Under the pieces are notes generated by a model. That model was given only the letters and a program-made list of their open reading frames with translations, made no database searches and was not told the DNA's origin. A stretch of DNA of 34,946 nucleotides from the NCBI GenBank assembly GCA_025935545.1, contig JAICVB010000002.1, positions 1 through 34,946 of the forward strand, read 5' to 3'. Position numbers and translations under genes: made by a program. Of this stretch, positions 15,037 to 23,657 are shown one piece after another (within the stretch, counting starts at the first letter, position 1; the number at the start of each line of letters is the position of its first letter). Source of the DNA: Gemmatimonadales bacterium (GTDB lineage Bacteria; Gemmatimonadota; Gemmatimonadetes; Gemmatimonadales; GWC2-71-9).

Positions 15037-16212
15037 ATGCACGCCGCTGCCATCGCCGCCCTCTCGGCGGGCGCACTCCTCGCCGCCTGCCTCGACCGCG
15101 GGCCGGGTGACCTCCTCGGCAATTCCGCGCCCGACCGGAGCGGCCGGCAGCCCTGGACGATCATCCTCAGCGACGACGCTGGGCGGGTCCTCATCGCGCA
15201 GACGGATTCCGCCCTCGCGCCCGGCGAGGACAGCGCGGCGGTCGGCCGCGCGACGCTCTGGCGCACGCTCGATGGGCCGGCGGAGCCTGACTCCTTCGCC
15301 CTCGGCGTGCAGGCCCATGGCCGCCGCCTCGAGTGGTCGCTCCGTCGGGCCGGTCAGACGGTCGGGTCGGGGAGCGGAGCGCTGCTGGCCTATCCGGGCG
15401 ACGAGGGCGCGCCGCGCTACGCGGGTCTCGCAGCGATCACGCTCGCCGGGGTTCCCCCGGCCATGCGCTTCGACGCCATCGGCGGCCTTCCCATGCCGGC
15501 GGACATGCCTGCGCCCGTGGCCCCGCTGCCCATCGCGGCCCGCGGCGTGGTGTCGCTCCGGGTGGACGACTGCTCGGCATGGGACTCGACGTCGCTCCGC
15601 CTGCTCGAGCGCCACCACCTCGTCGCGTCGTTCGCGGTGCCCAGCCGCCTCGTGGGAAGGCCCGGACGCTGCTCGCGCGATCTCCTCGAGCGGATCGCCG
15701 GCGCGGGCAACGCGATCGACGCCCACTCACGGTACCATGATGCGGCTCCCGCCGGCTTCGCCGATTTCTACATCGAGGCGGTCGGCGCCAGCCGCGACCT
15801 TCGCGCCATGGGCTTCGACGCGGCCGTCTTCGTACAGCCCGGCAGCTGGACCGTGGGGCCCGCGCTGTTCGACTCACCGGCCAAGCTCGCGACGCCGTAC
15901 GGCGCGCTCATTCGCCGCGTCTATCGTGCGCTGGAGGCGTACCAGACCGATGCCGCCTCGGTTCCGCTCCCCGCCGCCGGGCGCTGGCCCTACGCCGGGG
16001 AAATCCGCTACTTCGACCGCGAGCGCCTGGCGGCGTTCGTGCGTGATGCCGCGGCGCGCGGCGAATGGGTGGAGTTCCTGTGGCACTCGGGAGACCAGCC
16101 CTGGGACGCGCTCGATGGCCGCCTTGCCGTGATCGCGGCGATGCGGGACAGCGGCTACGTCGCCAACCTCACCTTCCGCGACGCGCTTCGGGCCGTACCA
16201 CCGGCTCCCTGA
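15037..16212 (+). CDS. Lipoprotein with C-terminal NodB-like (polysaccharide deacetylase-type) motifs and an unassigned ~170-aa N-terminal domain
   Basis: The signal peptide has a lipobox (LLAAC). SLRVDDC (a DD motif) is followed about 55 aa later by HSRYH (an H-S-x-x-H motif), the spacing typical of CE4 deacetylases. GC3 pattern and amino-acid composition support this frame over the overlapping ORFs. Confidence 0.55.
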   Translation: MHAAAIAALSAGALLAACLDRGPGDLLGNSAPDRSGRQPWTIILSDDAGRVLIAQTDSALAPGEDSAAVGRATLWRTLDGPAEPDSFALGVQAHGRRLEWSLRRAGQTVGSGSGALLAYPGDEGAPRYAGLAAITLAGVPPAMRFDAIGGLPMPADMPAPVAPLPIAARGVVSLRVDDCSAWDSTSLRLLERHHLVASFAVPSRLVGRPGRCSRDLLERIAGAGNAIDAHSRYHDAAPAGFADFYIEAVGASRDLRAMGFDAAVFVQPGSWTVGPALFDSPAKLATPYGALIRRVYRALEAYQTDAASVPLPAAGRWPYAGEIRYFDRERLAAFVRDAAARGEWVEFLWHSGDQPWDALDGRLAVIAAMRDSGYVANLTFRDALRAVPPAP

Positions 16213-16303
16213 CGCCGCGGGTCCGACTGGCGGCCGCCCCCCGGCCGCGGCTAGAATCCTGCCGCGCGAACCCGACTTCCCCTGACCCAAGGTACCGTCC
16301 GAC

Positions 16304-17440
16304 ATGGCTCACGCCGCGCCTTCCGGCACCGCCGCTGCGATTCCGTTCCTCGACCTCGTCGCCCAGCACCGGCCGCTGGAGGAGGACCTCGTCGCGGCGT
16401 TCCGGCGTGCGGTGCAGACGGCTGGTTTCGTGGGCGGGCCGGAGGTCGCAGCATTCGAGCGGGAGTTTGCCGCCAGCGTGGGGGCCGCGGAATGCGTCGG
16501 CGTCAACAGCGGGACCGATGCGCTGCGCTTCGCGTACCAGGCGCTTGGCCTCCGGCCGGGCGACGAGGTGATCACCGTCCCCAACACCTTCATCGCCACG
16601 ACCGAGGCGATCACCCAGGCCGGGGGCACGATCCGCTTCGTGGACGTGGACGACGCCACGATGACGATGGATCCGGCGGCGCTCGCGGCGGCGGTCACGC
16701 CCCGCACGGTCGGCATCGTGCCCGTGCACCTCTACGGCCAGCCGGCGGACATGGATCCGATCCTCGGCGTGGCGCGGCAGCACGGCCTCTGGGTGGTGGA
16801 GGATGCGGCGCAGGCGCATGCCGCGCGCTATCGGGGCCATCCCGTCGGCACCCTGGGCGATCTCGCCGCCTACAGCTTCTATCCCGGGAAGAATCTGGGA
16901 GCCTGCGGGGAGGGCGGAGCCGTCGTCGCCCGCGAGGCGGGGCGGCTGGAGCCGGTGCGGCAGCTCCGCGAGCATGGGCAGTCGAAGAAGTACTATCACG
17001 AGAGCGAAGGCTTCAACGGGCGGCTGCATGCGATCCAGGCCGCGTTCCTCCGTATCAAGCTGCCGCACCTGAAGGCGTGGACCGAGGGCCGGCGGCGAGC
17101 CGCCGCGCGATACCGGGAAGCGCTCGCGGGCATCGGGGAAATCGAGCTGCCCGTCGAGGCCGCCTACGCGCGGCACGTGTACCACCTGTTCGTGATCCGC
17201 GCCGACCGCCGCGACGAGCTGCAGCAGCACCTGGGCGCGGAGCGCATCGGCACCGGGCTCCACTATCCGCTCCCGCTGCACCTCCAGCACGCCTATCGCG
17301 GCATGGGACTCGGCGAGGGAAGCTTTCCCGTCACCGAGCGCGCCGCTTCCCGGCTCCTCAGCCTGCCGATGTTTCCCGAGCTTTCCGATAGCCAGATCGA
17401 GCGCGTCGCTGACGCGATCCGCGCCTTCTACCGCGGCTGA
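16304..17440 (+). CDS. DegT/DnrJ/EryC1/StrS family PLP aminotransferase, WlbC/WbpE-like
   Basis: Motifs are IPFLDL, GGPEV..FE.EFA, VNSGTDAL, the PLP-lysine motif SFYPGKNLGACGEGGAV, and NGRLHAIQAAFL. Confidence 0.9.
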   Translation: MAHAAPSGTAAAIPFLDLVAQHRPLEEDLVAAFRRAVQTAGFVGGPEVAAFEREFAASVGAAECVGVNSGTDALRFAYQALGLRPGDEVITVPNTFIATTEAITQAGGTIRFVDVDDATMTMDPAALAAAVTPRTVGIVPVHLYGQPADMDPILGVARQHGLWVVEDAAQAHAARYRGHPVGTLGDLAAYSFYPGKNLGACGEGGAVVAREAGRLEPVRQLREHGQSKKYYHESEGFNGRLHAIQAAFLRIKLPHLKAWTEGRRRAAARYREALAGIGEIELPVEAAYARHVYHLFVIRADRRDELQQHLGAERIGTGLHYPLPLHLQHAYRGMGLGEGSFPVTERAASRLLSLPMFPELSDSQIERVADAIRAFYRG

Positions 17441-18633
17441 GCCGCCAGCAGCTCCCGGTACAGCTCCCTGAGCCGGGCGGCTTCGGCCGGCCAGGTGAGC
17501 GATGCCAGGGCCGCCTGGGCGCGCTCCGCCCGCGCCACGCGCTCGGCCGGGGGCGCGGCGGCGAAGGCGGCGATGGCCCGCGAGGCGTCGTCCGCGCGGC
17601 CCGGCTCGAAGTACCAGGCGCACTCCTCCGGCACATACTCGAGGTAGGTTGGAATCCGCGGGGCGATCAGCGGAATGCCGAGGTGGATGTACTCGAGGAG
17701 CTTGGTGGAGAGGGAGTAGCGGGTCATGACGTTGAGCCGCGTCGGCACCAGGCCGGCGTGGTAGCTGACGAGCCGGTCGCGGAGCTGCTCATGCCCCAGC
17801 GTGCCGCGGAGCCGCACGGCCTGGCCGATGCCAAGCCGGGCGATCCGCGAGGCGAGGAGGGCCGTGTCGGGCCCGCTTCCGTAGAGATCGAACGTGACAT
17901 CGAGGCCCGACGCGCGGGCGGCGGCGACCGCGTCCACCGCGACCTCGAGCCCGTACATCCCCGTGAGCGTGCCGTGATACACCAGACGCACGGGCTGGCC
18001 GGCGGTCTCAGCCGGCGCGCGCGGCGGTCCGAACTCCGCGGGGTCAGCCAGGTTGTGGAGCACCTCGATGCGTTCCTGCGGCCGCGCCTCGCGCGCGCGG
18101 AGTGCCGCGGCGATCGGGCGGTTGACCGTGACGGTAACATCCGCCTGGCGGCGGGACCACCGCTCGAGCCAGCGCGCGACGCGGGCCGCGCCGGCTCCCA
18201 CGGCTCCGCCGAGCTTCGTGCGGGTGAACTCGGGAAAGATCTCGTGCAGGTCAAGGATCGTGCGCGCGCCGCGCCGCCGCGCGGGGAGGATGCCGGCGAT
18301 CAGGAAATCGGGGAGCGAATGCACGTGGACCACGCGGGCCCCCCGGAACCGCTCGTCCCGCCGGAAGAGCGCATGAACCCGCACCACGAAGTCCGTATAT
18401 TCCACGAGGTACTTCCCGAGGGAGCCGCGCCGGCGCCGCCCGGGGAGCCGGATGACGGCGACCCGGCCCCGATGGCCCACCGGGCGCGGGTCGCTTCCGT
18501 CCCGCAACACCACGATGGCCACGCGATCCGCCGCCTCGGCGGCGGCCATGACTTCGCGCCTGGGCCGGGGATCGTCGGGAAACGAGGTATGAGCCACATG
18601 CACGATGTCGAACGGGCGGCGGACTCGGGACAC
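17428..18633 (-). CDS. Glycosyltransferase family 4-like (GT-B), degenerate E-x7-E
   Basis: The N-terminus FDIVHVAHTSFPDDPR..., the segment LVYHGTL..YGL, and the C-terminal STKLLEYIHLGIPLI (first Glu of E-x7-E missing) fit the family. GTG 18633 has a GAGG 6 nt upstream. The longest ORF starts at TTG 18702. The 3' end overlaps the convergent aminotransferase by 13 nt. Confidence 0.7.
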   Translation of the reverse strand: MSRVRRPFDIVHVAHTSFPDDPRPRREVMAAAEAADRVAIVVLRDGSDPRPVGHRGRVAVIRLPGRRRRGSLGKYLVEYTDFVVRVHALFRRDERFRGARVVHVHSLPDFLIAGILPARRRGARTILDLHEIFPEFTRTKLGGAVGAGAARVARWLERWSRRQADVTVTVNRPIAAALRAREARPQERIEVLHNLADPAEFGPPRAPAETAGQPVRLVYHGTLTGMYGLEVAVDAVAAARASGLDVTFDLYGSGPDTALLASRIARLGIGQAVRLRGTLGHEQLRDRLVSYHAGLVPTRLNVMTRYSLSTKLLEYIHLGIPLIAPRIPTYLEYVPEECAWYFEPGRADDASRAIAAFAAAPPAERVARAERAQAALASLTWPAEAARLRELYRELLAAQPR

Positions 18634-18718
18634 TGCGTTCCTCGGGGAGGCGGCGGGGTCGCCGGGACGCGCGAAAGGTGACGCACCAGGCCGATGAATC
18701 AAGGGGCGGAGTGGACGG

Positions 18719-19813
18719 GTGAGTGAGCGCGCGGTGGCGCTCTGCTACGGGACGCGCCCGCAGATCATCAAGGCGAGCCGCATCCGGCGCGCCCTGGAAG
18801 GCCTGGCGCCCGTGCTCGCCATCGACACGGGGCAGCACTACGACTACGAGCTGAACGAGCTGCTCTACCGCCAGCTCGAGGTCGCCGACCCCGACCTGTG
18901 CCTCGAGGTGGGGTCGGGGTCGCACGCGGAGCAGACGGCGGCCATCCTGGCTCGTGCGGCCGCGATCTTCGAGGAGCGGCGGCCGCGGGCCGTGGTCGTG
19001 ATCGGCGACACCAACTCCACGCTGGGCGCGGCGCTGGCCGCCGCCAAGCTGCGCATCCCGGTGGTGCACGTGGAAGCGGGGCTGCGCGCCGCCGACGGCG
19101 GGATGGCGGAGGAGATCAATCGCCGCGCCGTCGATGCAGTGGCCGCGCTGCTCTGCACCCCATCGGCCTTGGCCACGGCGCGGCTCCAGCGGGAACGGCC
19201 CGATGCCGTCATCGTGGAGACCGGCGACGTCGCCCGCGACGTCCTGATGCGGCACGCGGGGTCGCTCCCCGATGTGCGCGGGCTGCTGCCCGCCGGGGGC
19301 CGGTACGCGTTCGCCACGTTGCACCGGGCCGAGCTGACCGACGCGCCCGGGCTCCTGGCCCGCGCGCTCGAAGCGCTGGCCGCGCTGCCCCTGCCGGTGG
19401 TGCTCGCCCTGCACCCGCGCACGCGCGCGGCGCTCGCCGCGCACCGGCTCACGCTGCCGGCGGGGCCGACGTTCAGCGCGATCCCCGCGGTCGGCTATCT
19501 CGAGAGCCTCGCGCTCGCGGCCGGCGCGCAGGCGGTGATCACCGACTCGGGCGGGCTCCAGCGCGAGGCCTACTGGCTCGGCACGCCCTGCATCACGCTC
19601 CGGACGGAGACGGAGTGGAGCGAGACCGTCGCGGCCGGCGCCAATCGCCTGGTGCCTCCGGACGCGCCCGAACGGCTCGGCATGGCGCTCAGCGCCGCGC
19701 TGGCCGCGCCCCGCGGCTGGGGCCGCGACGCCTATGGAGACGGCAGCGCGGCGGGCCGCATCGCCGCGGCCGTGGCAGAGCTGGCCGGCACGTCCGTCAC
19801 CGTGGGGACCTGA
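18719..19813 (+). CDS. wecB: UDP-N-acetylglucosamine (or UDP-diacetamido-sugar) 2-epimerase, non-hydrolysing, WecB/WlbD/WbpI-like
   Basis: Motifs are YGTRPQIIK, IGDTNSTLG, HVEAGLR and DSGGLQREA. A GGAG lies 7 nt upstream of GTG 18719. Confidence 0.88.
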   Translation: MSERAVALCYGTRPQIIKASRIRRALEGLAPVLAIDTGQHYDYELNELLYRQLEVADPDLCLEVGSGSHAEQTAAILARAAAIFEERRPRAVVVIGDTNSTLGAALAAAKLRIPVVHVEAGLRAADGGMAEEINRRAVDAVAALLCTPSALATARLQRERPDAVIVETGDVARDVLMRHAGSLPDVRGLLPAGGRYAFATLHRAELTDAPGLLARALEALAALPLPVVLALHPRTRAALAAHRLTLPAGPTFSAIPAVGYLESLALAAGAQAVITDSGGLQREAYWLGTPCITLRTETEWSETVAAGANRLVPPDAPERLGMALSAALAAPRGWGRDAYGDGSAAGRIAAAVAELAGTSVTVGT

Positions 19814-19815
19814 CC

Positions 19816-21747
19816 ATGTGCGGGATCGGCGGCGTGATCGGATCGAGCGCCGGGTACGACGCGGGCGCCGACATCGAGCGCCTCGGCGCCGCGCTCGCGC
19901 ATCGCGGCCCGGACGGCGCCGGATGCCGCTTCCTCGCGGGGAGGCGCGCCGCGCTCGGACACCGGCGGCTCAGCATCGTGGACCTGGCCGGCGGCGACCA
20001 GCCGATGAGCAACGAGGACGGCTCGGTCTGGCTCGTCTACAACGGCGAGATCTACAACCACCTCGCGCTTCGCGCCGAGCTCGAGCGGGCAGGCCATCGC
20101 TTCCGGTCGCGGGCCGACACGGAAGTCGTGGTGCATGGGTGGGAGGAATGGGGCCCCGGCGTGCTCGAGCGGCTCAACGGGATCTACGCCTTCGCGCTGT
20201 TCGACGGCCGGGGAGGATCCGGGCGGGTCTGGCTCGCGCGCGATCCGGTCGGCGCCAAGCCGCTCTACCTCGGGCAGCGGGACGGTCTCACCTGGTTCGC
20301 GAGCGAGCTCAGCGCGGCGCGTTCCGCCGGGCTCGTCGACGAGACGATCCGCCCCGAGGCCCTCGGCGAGTATCTCGTCTACCGCTTCGTGCCGGCCCCG
20401 GCCACGGTCTTCCGGCATGCCTGGAAGGTGCCGCCCGGCCACTACTGCTCCATCCCCCTCGACGCGCCGGCAGGCCCGCCGGCTTTCCGCTCGTTCACGC
20501 CACGCTTCGCGCCGGCGACGCTGCCGGCAAGCCCGGAGGAGTGGGAGGAGGCGATCCGGACGGGCCTCGGGAACGCGGTCCGCCGCCAGCTCATGTCCGA
20601 CGTGCCGGTGGGCTCGCTGCTCTCGGGCGGCGTGGACTCGACGGCCGTGACCGGCCTCATGCGCGACGCCCTGCCGGCGGCGCCGCAGGCCTTCGCCATC
20701 GGCTTCAGCGATCCGGGCGCGCCCGACGAGCTCGGCGCGGCCCGCGCCGCCGCGCAGGCGCTGGGCGTCCCGCTCGAGGAGGTCGCCGTCTCGGAGCGCG
20801 ACTACCTGGCGCGCTGGCCGGCGCAGATCGCCTCACTGGGGGAGCCGGTGGCGAATTCGGGGGTGCTGCTGCTCGATCTCCTGTGCGAGCGCGTCGCGCT
20901 CACCCACAAGGTGGTGCTGACGGGGCAGGGCGCCGATGAGCCGCTCGGCGGCTACCCCCGGCACGCGGCGGAGCGGTGGGCGGGCTCGCTGCGCCTGATG
21001 TCGCCGCTGCTCGCGCACCTGCCCGAGCGGTTCGCGTCCAGCGATCGGGTGGCGCGCGCCCGGCGGCTCGCGCGCGCATCCGGGGAGGCGGAGCGTTTCG
21101 CGGAGACACTCGCGGTGTTCGGGCCCGCCGAGGCCGCCAGGCTCAGCCGCGCTCCGCTCGATCCCTCCGCGCTGGTGGATCCGGTGCGCCGCTGGCTGCC
21201 GGAAGCACGGGACGGGGATTCCCTCAACCGGCTCCTCGTCACCGATGCGCGGCTGTCCCTGGCGGACGACCTGCTGACGATCGCCGATCGCACGTCGATG
21301 CGATCATCGGTCGAGCTCCGCGTGCCCTTCCTCGATCTCGAGTTCCTCGCGCTGCTCGAGCGGATGCCGAGCCGGTACAAGGTCTCCGGGCTGGGCGGGC
21401 GGAAATGGCTCTACCGGCGTGCGGTGACGCCGCTGATTCCCGCCTCGCTCCGCCCGCGCCTCCTCGGCGCCCAGAGCCGGCTGGGCCCGAAGCTGGGCTT
21501 CTCAACGCCGCTCGACCGATGGTTCGCGTCGTGGGTCGAGCGCGACGCCCCGGCCTACCTCACCGGGCGCGACGCGCGCATCACCGATCACCTCGACGCC
21601 GGCGAGGTCAACCGTCTCCTCCGGTCCGTTCGCGAGGAGGGCAGGCCCCGGCCGCGGCAGCTCCTCTCGCTCTACGTGCTGGAAACGTGGCTCAGGTCGC
21701 TCACCGGCGCCCCCGTAGCGGCCGCGGCCCTTCAGGCGGCCAGCTGA
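19816..21747 (+). CDS. AsnB-type glutamine-hydrolysing amidotransferase, paralogue 1
   Basis: The N-terminal nucleophile is MCGIGG. Glutaminase motifs HRRLSIVDL, YNGEIYN and ADTEVV are present. The PP-loop is SLLSGGVDST. The start lies 2 nt after the wecB stop. Confidence 0.88.
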   Translation: MCGIGGVIGSSAGYDAGADIERLGAALAHRGPDGAGCRFLAGRRAALGHRRLSIVDLAGGDQPMSNEDGSVWLVYNGEIYNHLALRAELERAGHRFRSRADTEVVVHGWEEWGPGVLERLNGIYAFALFDGRGGSGRVWLARDPVGAKPLYLGQRDGLTWFASELSAARSAGLVDETIRPEALGEYLVYRFVPAPATVFRHAWKVPPGHYCSIPLDAPAGPPAFRSFTPRFAPATLPASPEEWEEAIRTGLGNAVRRQLMSDVPVGSLLSGGVDSTAVTGLMRDALPAAPQAFAIGFSDPGAPDELGAARAAAQALGVPLEEVAVSERDYLARWPAQIASLGEPVANSGVLLLDLLCERVALTHKVVLTGQGADEPLGGYPRHAAERWAGSLRLMSPLLAHLPERFASSDRVARARRLARASGEAERFAETLAVFGPAEAARLSRAPLDPSALVDPVRRWLPEARDGDSLNRLLVTDARLSLADDLLTIADRTSMRSSVELRVPFLDLEFLALLERMPSRYKVSGLGGRKWLYRRAVTPLIPASLRPRLLGAQSRLGPKLGFSTPLDRWFASWVERDAPAYLTGRDARITDHLDAGEVNRLLRSVREEGRPRPRQLLSLYVLETWLRSLTGAPVAAAALQAAS

Positions 21748-23657
21748 TGTGTGGCTTCGGCGGCGTCATCGACCTCCGGCGCGGGCCGCCCGACTCCCTC
21801 GGTGACGTCGCCGCGGCGCTGAGTCACCGCGGGCCTGACGCGCGTCACGAATGGCGGGAGGGCCCCTGCGCGCTGGTGCACTGCCGGCTCCGGGTGCTTG
21901 ATCTCTCCGAACGGGCGGATCAGCCCATGTCGCGCCCGGGGGGGCGCGTGGTCGTGGCCTACAACGGCGAGATCTACAACTTCCGGGAGCTGCGGACGGA
22001 GCTCGAGGCGGCGGGGTGTGCGTTCGTCACGCGGTCGGACACCGAGGTGCTTCTGGCCGGCTACGAGCTGTGGGGGCCCGACGTGTTCGCGCGGCTCCGC
22101 GGCATGTTCGCCGCCGCCTTCTGGCATCCCGACCAGCGGCGCCTGGTCCTCGCCCGTGATCCGCTGGGCAAGAAGCCCCTCGTCTACGCCCTCTCGCCCG
22201 GCCGCATCGTCTTCGCCTCGACCGTGGGCGCGCTCCTGCCATTGCTCGATCGCGTCCCCGCCGTCAGCCGGCCGGCGCTCGACTGCTATCTCGGCCACAC
22301 CGTCGTGCCCTTCGAGCACGCGATGCTCGAAGGCGTCGAGAAGCTTCCGCCGGGCGGCTTTCTCGAGTGGGGGGCCGGGACGGTCCGCACGGGGCGGTTC
22401 TGGCAGGTCCCTTCCGCCCCGGCCTCGCCCTCGATGCCGGCGGCCGAAGCGGCGGTCGAGCTCGAACGCCTGCTGCGACAGGCCGTGCGCCGGCGCCTCG
22501 AGAGCGACGTGCCGCTCGGCCTCTTCCTGAGTGCCGGCTTCGATTCGAGCCTGGTGGCGGCGCTGGCGGCACAGGAGCACACGGGCCGGCTCGTGGCCGT
22601 GACCGCCGGGACGGCCGGTTCGGGATACGATGAGCGCTCGGTGGCCGGGCTCGTGGCGGAGCGATACGGCCTGGAGCACCGCCTGGTGGAGGTCCCGGCC
22701 GTCTCCGCGGCTCCGCTTCCCATGCTGCTGGCCGAGCTGGGGGAGCCCTTCGGCGACTCATCGATCCTCCCCTCGTACGAGGTGGCTCGCGCGGCGCGCC
22801 GGGAGATCACGGTGGCGCTCACCGGCGACGGCGGGGACGAGGCGTTCTTCGGCTATGCCACCTTCCGCGGCGTACGACTGGGGGAGCGGTACCGGCGCTG
22901 GATGCCCGCGCCGATGCGGCGTCTCCTTCGCGCCGCGACGGGCGGCGCGACGCGCGAGGGCTGGTTCCGGCGCGCCGGCGCGCTCTTCGAGTACGGGGCC
23001 GACCCAATCAGCGAGAGCTACCGCAACCGGATGGGCTTCGGGCCGCGCGACCGCGCCGCGCTCCTGGGCGGCGCCGTTCCGGGCCACCGGGCGGAGCACA
23101 TCTACACCGAGCGGCTCGAACGCTTCCGCTCGCTTCCGGATGCCGACGCGCTGCGCCGCACCTTCTTCGAGACCTACCTGCCGAACGACTACCTGCCGAA
23201 GGTGGACACGGCCACGATGGCGGCCTCGCTCGAGGCGCGCTCGCCATTCCTCGACGTGGACGTGGTGGAGTTCGCGCTGAGCCTGCCAGAGGCGACCGCC
23301 TTTCCCGGCGGCCGCCTCAAGGCGCTGCTGCGCCCGCTCGTGGCCCGGCTGCTCCCCGCCGAGGTGCTTCGGCGGCCCAAGACCGGCTTCGGGGTGCCCG
23401 TGGGCCGCTGGATGCGGGGCCCGCTCGCGGGCGCGCTCGAGGAGTTCGTCTTCCGGCGCGACACCGCGATGGCGGGGCTGATCGATCCGGGCGCCGCCCG
23501 GCGCATCCACGCCCAGCACCTGGCGGGCGCCGACCACGGCACGCGTCTCTGGTCGCTCCTCTGCCTCGGCATCTGGGCGGCCGTGGTGCTGGAACGCCGC
23601 TGGCCCGCCGGCGATCCGCTGCCGGTCGGCGGCCCCGGGTCGGTGCGGGCCGCATGA
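21747..23657 (+). CDS. AsnB-type glutamine-hydrolysing amidotransferase, paralogue 2
   Basis: It has MCGFGG, YNGEIYN and SDTEVL, and a deviating PP-loop LFLSAGFDSS. The ATG shares one base with the stop of paralogue 1 (TGATG at 21745-21749). Confidence 0.85.
   Translation: MCGFGGVIDLRRGPPDSLGDVAAALSHRGPDARHEWREGPCALVHCRLRVLDLSERADQPMSRPGGRVVVAYNGEIYNFRELRTELEAAGCAFVTRSDTEVLLAGYELWGPDVFARLRGMFAAAFWHPDQRRLVLARDPLGKKPLVYALSPGRIVFASTVGALLPLLDRVPAVSRPALDCYLGHTVVPFEHAMLEGVEKLPPGGFLEWGAGTVRTGRFWQVPSAPASPSMPAAEAAVELERLLRQAVRRRLESDVPLGLFLSAGFDSSLVAALAAQEHTGRLVAVTAGTAGSGYDERSVAGLVAERYGLEHRLVEVPAVSAAPLPMLLAELGEPFGDSSILPSYEVARAARREITVALTGDGGDEAFFGYATFRGVRLGERYRRWMPAPMRRLLRAATGGATREGWFRRAGALFEYGADPISESYRNRMGFGPRDRAALLGGAVPGHRAEHIYTERLERFRSLPDADALRRTFFETYLPNDYLPKVDTATMAASLEARSPFLDVDVVEFALSLPEATAFPGGRLKALLRPLVARLLPAEVLRRPKTGFGVPVGRWMRGPLAGALEEFVFRRDTAMAGLIDPGAARRIHAQHLAGADHGTRLWSLLCLGIWAAVVLERRWPAGDPLPVGGPGSVRAA

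Noticed and set aside
16214-16257. An inverted repeat GCCGCGG...CCGCGGC followed by a TAGAAT hexamer, in the 91-nt gap before the aminotransferase gene. This could be a terminator plus promoter.
   Set aside because: There is no acceptable -35 or TG extension at the right spacing. The stem is short with a long structured loop. The evidence is too weak to annotate.
19816-23657. The possibility that the AsnB-like genes are lasso-peptide cyclases or beta-lactam/carbapenam synthetase-type enzymes of a RiPP or antibiotic cluster.
   Set aside because: All three retain the N-terminal Cys nucleophile and glutaminase motifs, which those enzymes generally lack. There is no leader-peptidase (B protein/RRE), precursor-peptide ORF or ABC exporter nearby. 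The neighbours are sugar-pathway genes.
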